A stretch of DNA of 7,153 bases. It comes from Candidatus Iainarchaeum sp. Lineage in GTDB: Archaea > Iainarchaeota > Iainarchaeia > Iainarchaeales > CSSED10-239. The stretch covers positions 1 to 7,153 of the forward strand of contig CALBUD010000072.1 in NCBI GenBank assembly GCA_937968065.1, read 5' to 3'. The position numbers and the translations under genes are program-made. The notes beneath the pieces are model-generated. The model was not told the DNA's origin. It was given only the letters and a program-made list of their open reading frames with translations, and did no database searches. Shown in pieces: positions 7,109-7,153 of the stretch; within the stretch, counting starts at the first letter, position 1; the number at the start of each line of letters is the position of its first letter.

Positions 7109-7153
7109 GTTGTGCAAATTATTAAATAATCATTAATTAAAAAAAATAATTAA

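Noticed and set aside
7103-7153. Possible 3' end of another minus-strand CDS at the right edge (for example a TAA at 7135..7133)
   Set aside because: Only about 15 codons would be visible, and all frames are AT-rich with multiple stops. It cannot be supported from this window. The terminator at 7063-7108 is the only indirect hint.
1-7153. CRISPR arrays, tRNA or rRNA genes, IS or transposon ends, long direct or inverted repeats, introns or inteins in the giant gene
   Set aside because: I saw no repeat-spacer periodicity, no cloverleaf-capable GC-rich segments beyond the two terminator hairpins, no terminal inverted repeats, and no interruption of the reading frame or homing-endonuclease-like motifs.

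Overview
Very AT-rich window (over 70% A+T by eye) that only makes sense if TGA is read as a sense codon, most likely Trp (translation table 4). Under the standard code the + strand looks like a chain of ORF fragments. Reading TGA as sense gives two long, overlapping + strand genes. The first (1..1488) is cut off at its 5' end by the window edge, and its C-terminal part has a Lys/Glu-rich coiled-coil-like stretch followed by an HExxH zincin-type motif. The second (1479..6212) is a giant 1577-codon gene with a clean RecB/Cas4-family PD-(D/E)xK nuclease motif set at about residues 238-296 and roughly 1250 residues I cannot assign. A convergent minus-strand gene (6263..7000, or 7018) also has one in-frame TGA and encodes an SLT/lysozyme-like lytic transglycosylase domain. 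This gene sits between two GC-rich hairpin terminators (about 6211-6255 and 7063-7108). All three genuine stops in the window are TAA. There are 28 in-frame TGA codons against only 2 TGG. I saw no rRNA, tRNA, CRISPR array, IS element or long repeat. My interpretation (inference, with no homology search possible) is a stop-codon-recoded phage or mobile-element segment from a cell-walled host. A low-GC crAss-like or other gut phage is plausible. A Mollicute chromosome seems less likely because a peptidoglycan-cleaving enzyme is encoded here. The metallopeptidase-motif protein and the nuclease-bearing giant protein overlap and look translationally coupled, so they may be virion-delivered cargo proteins. 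That is a hypothesis, not a demonstrated function.
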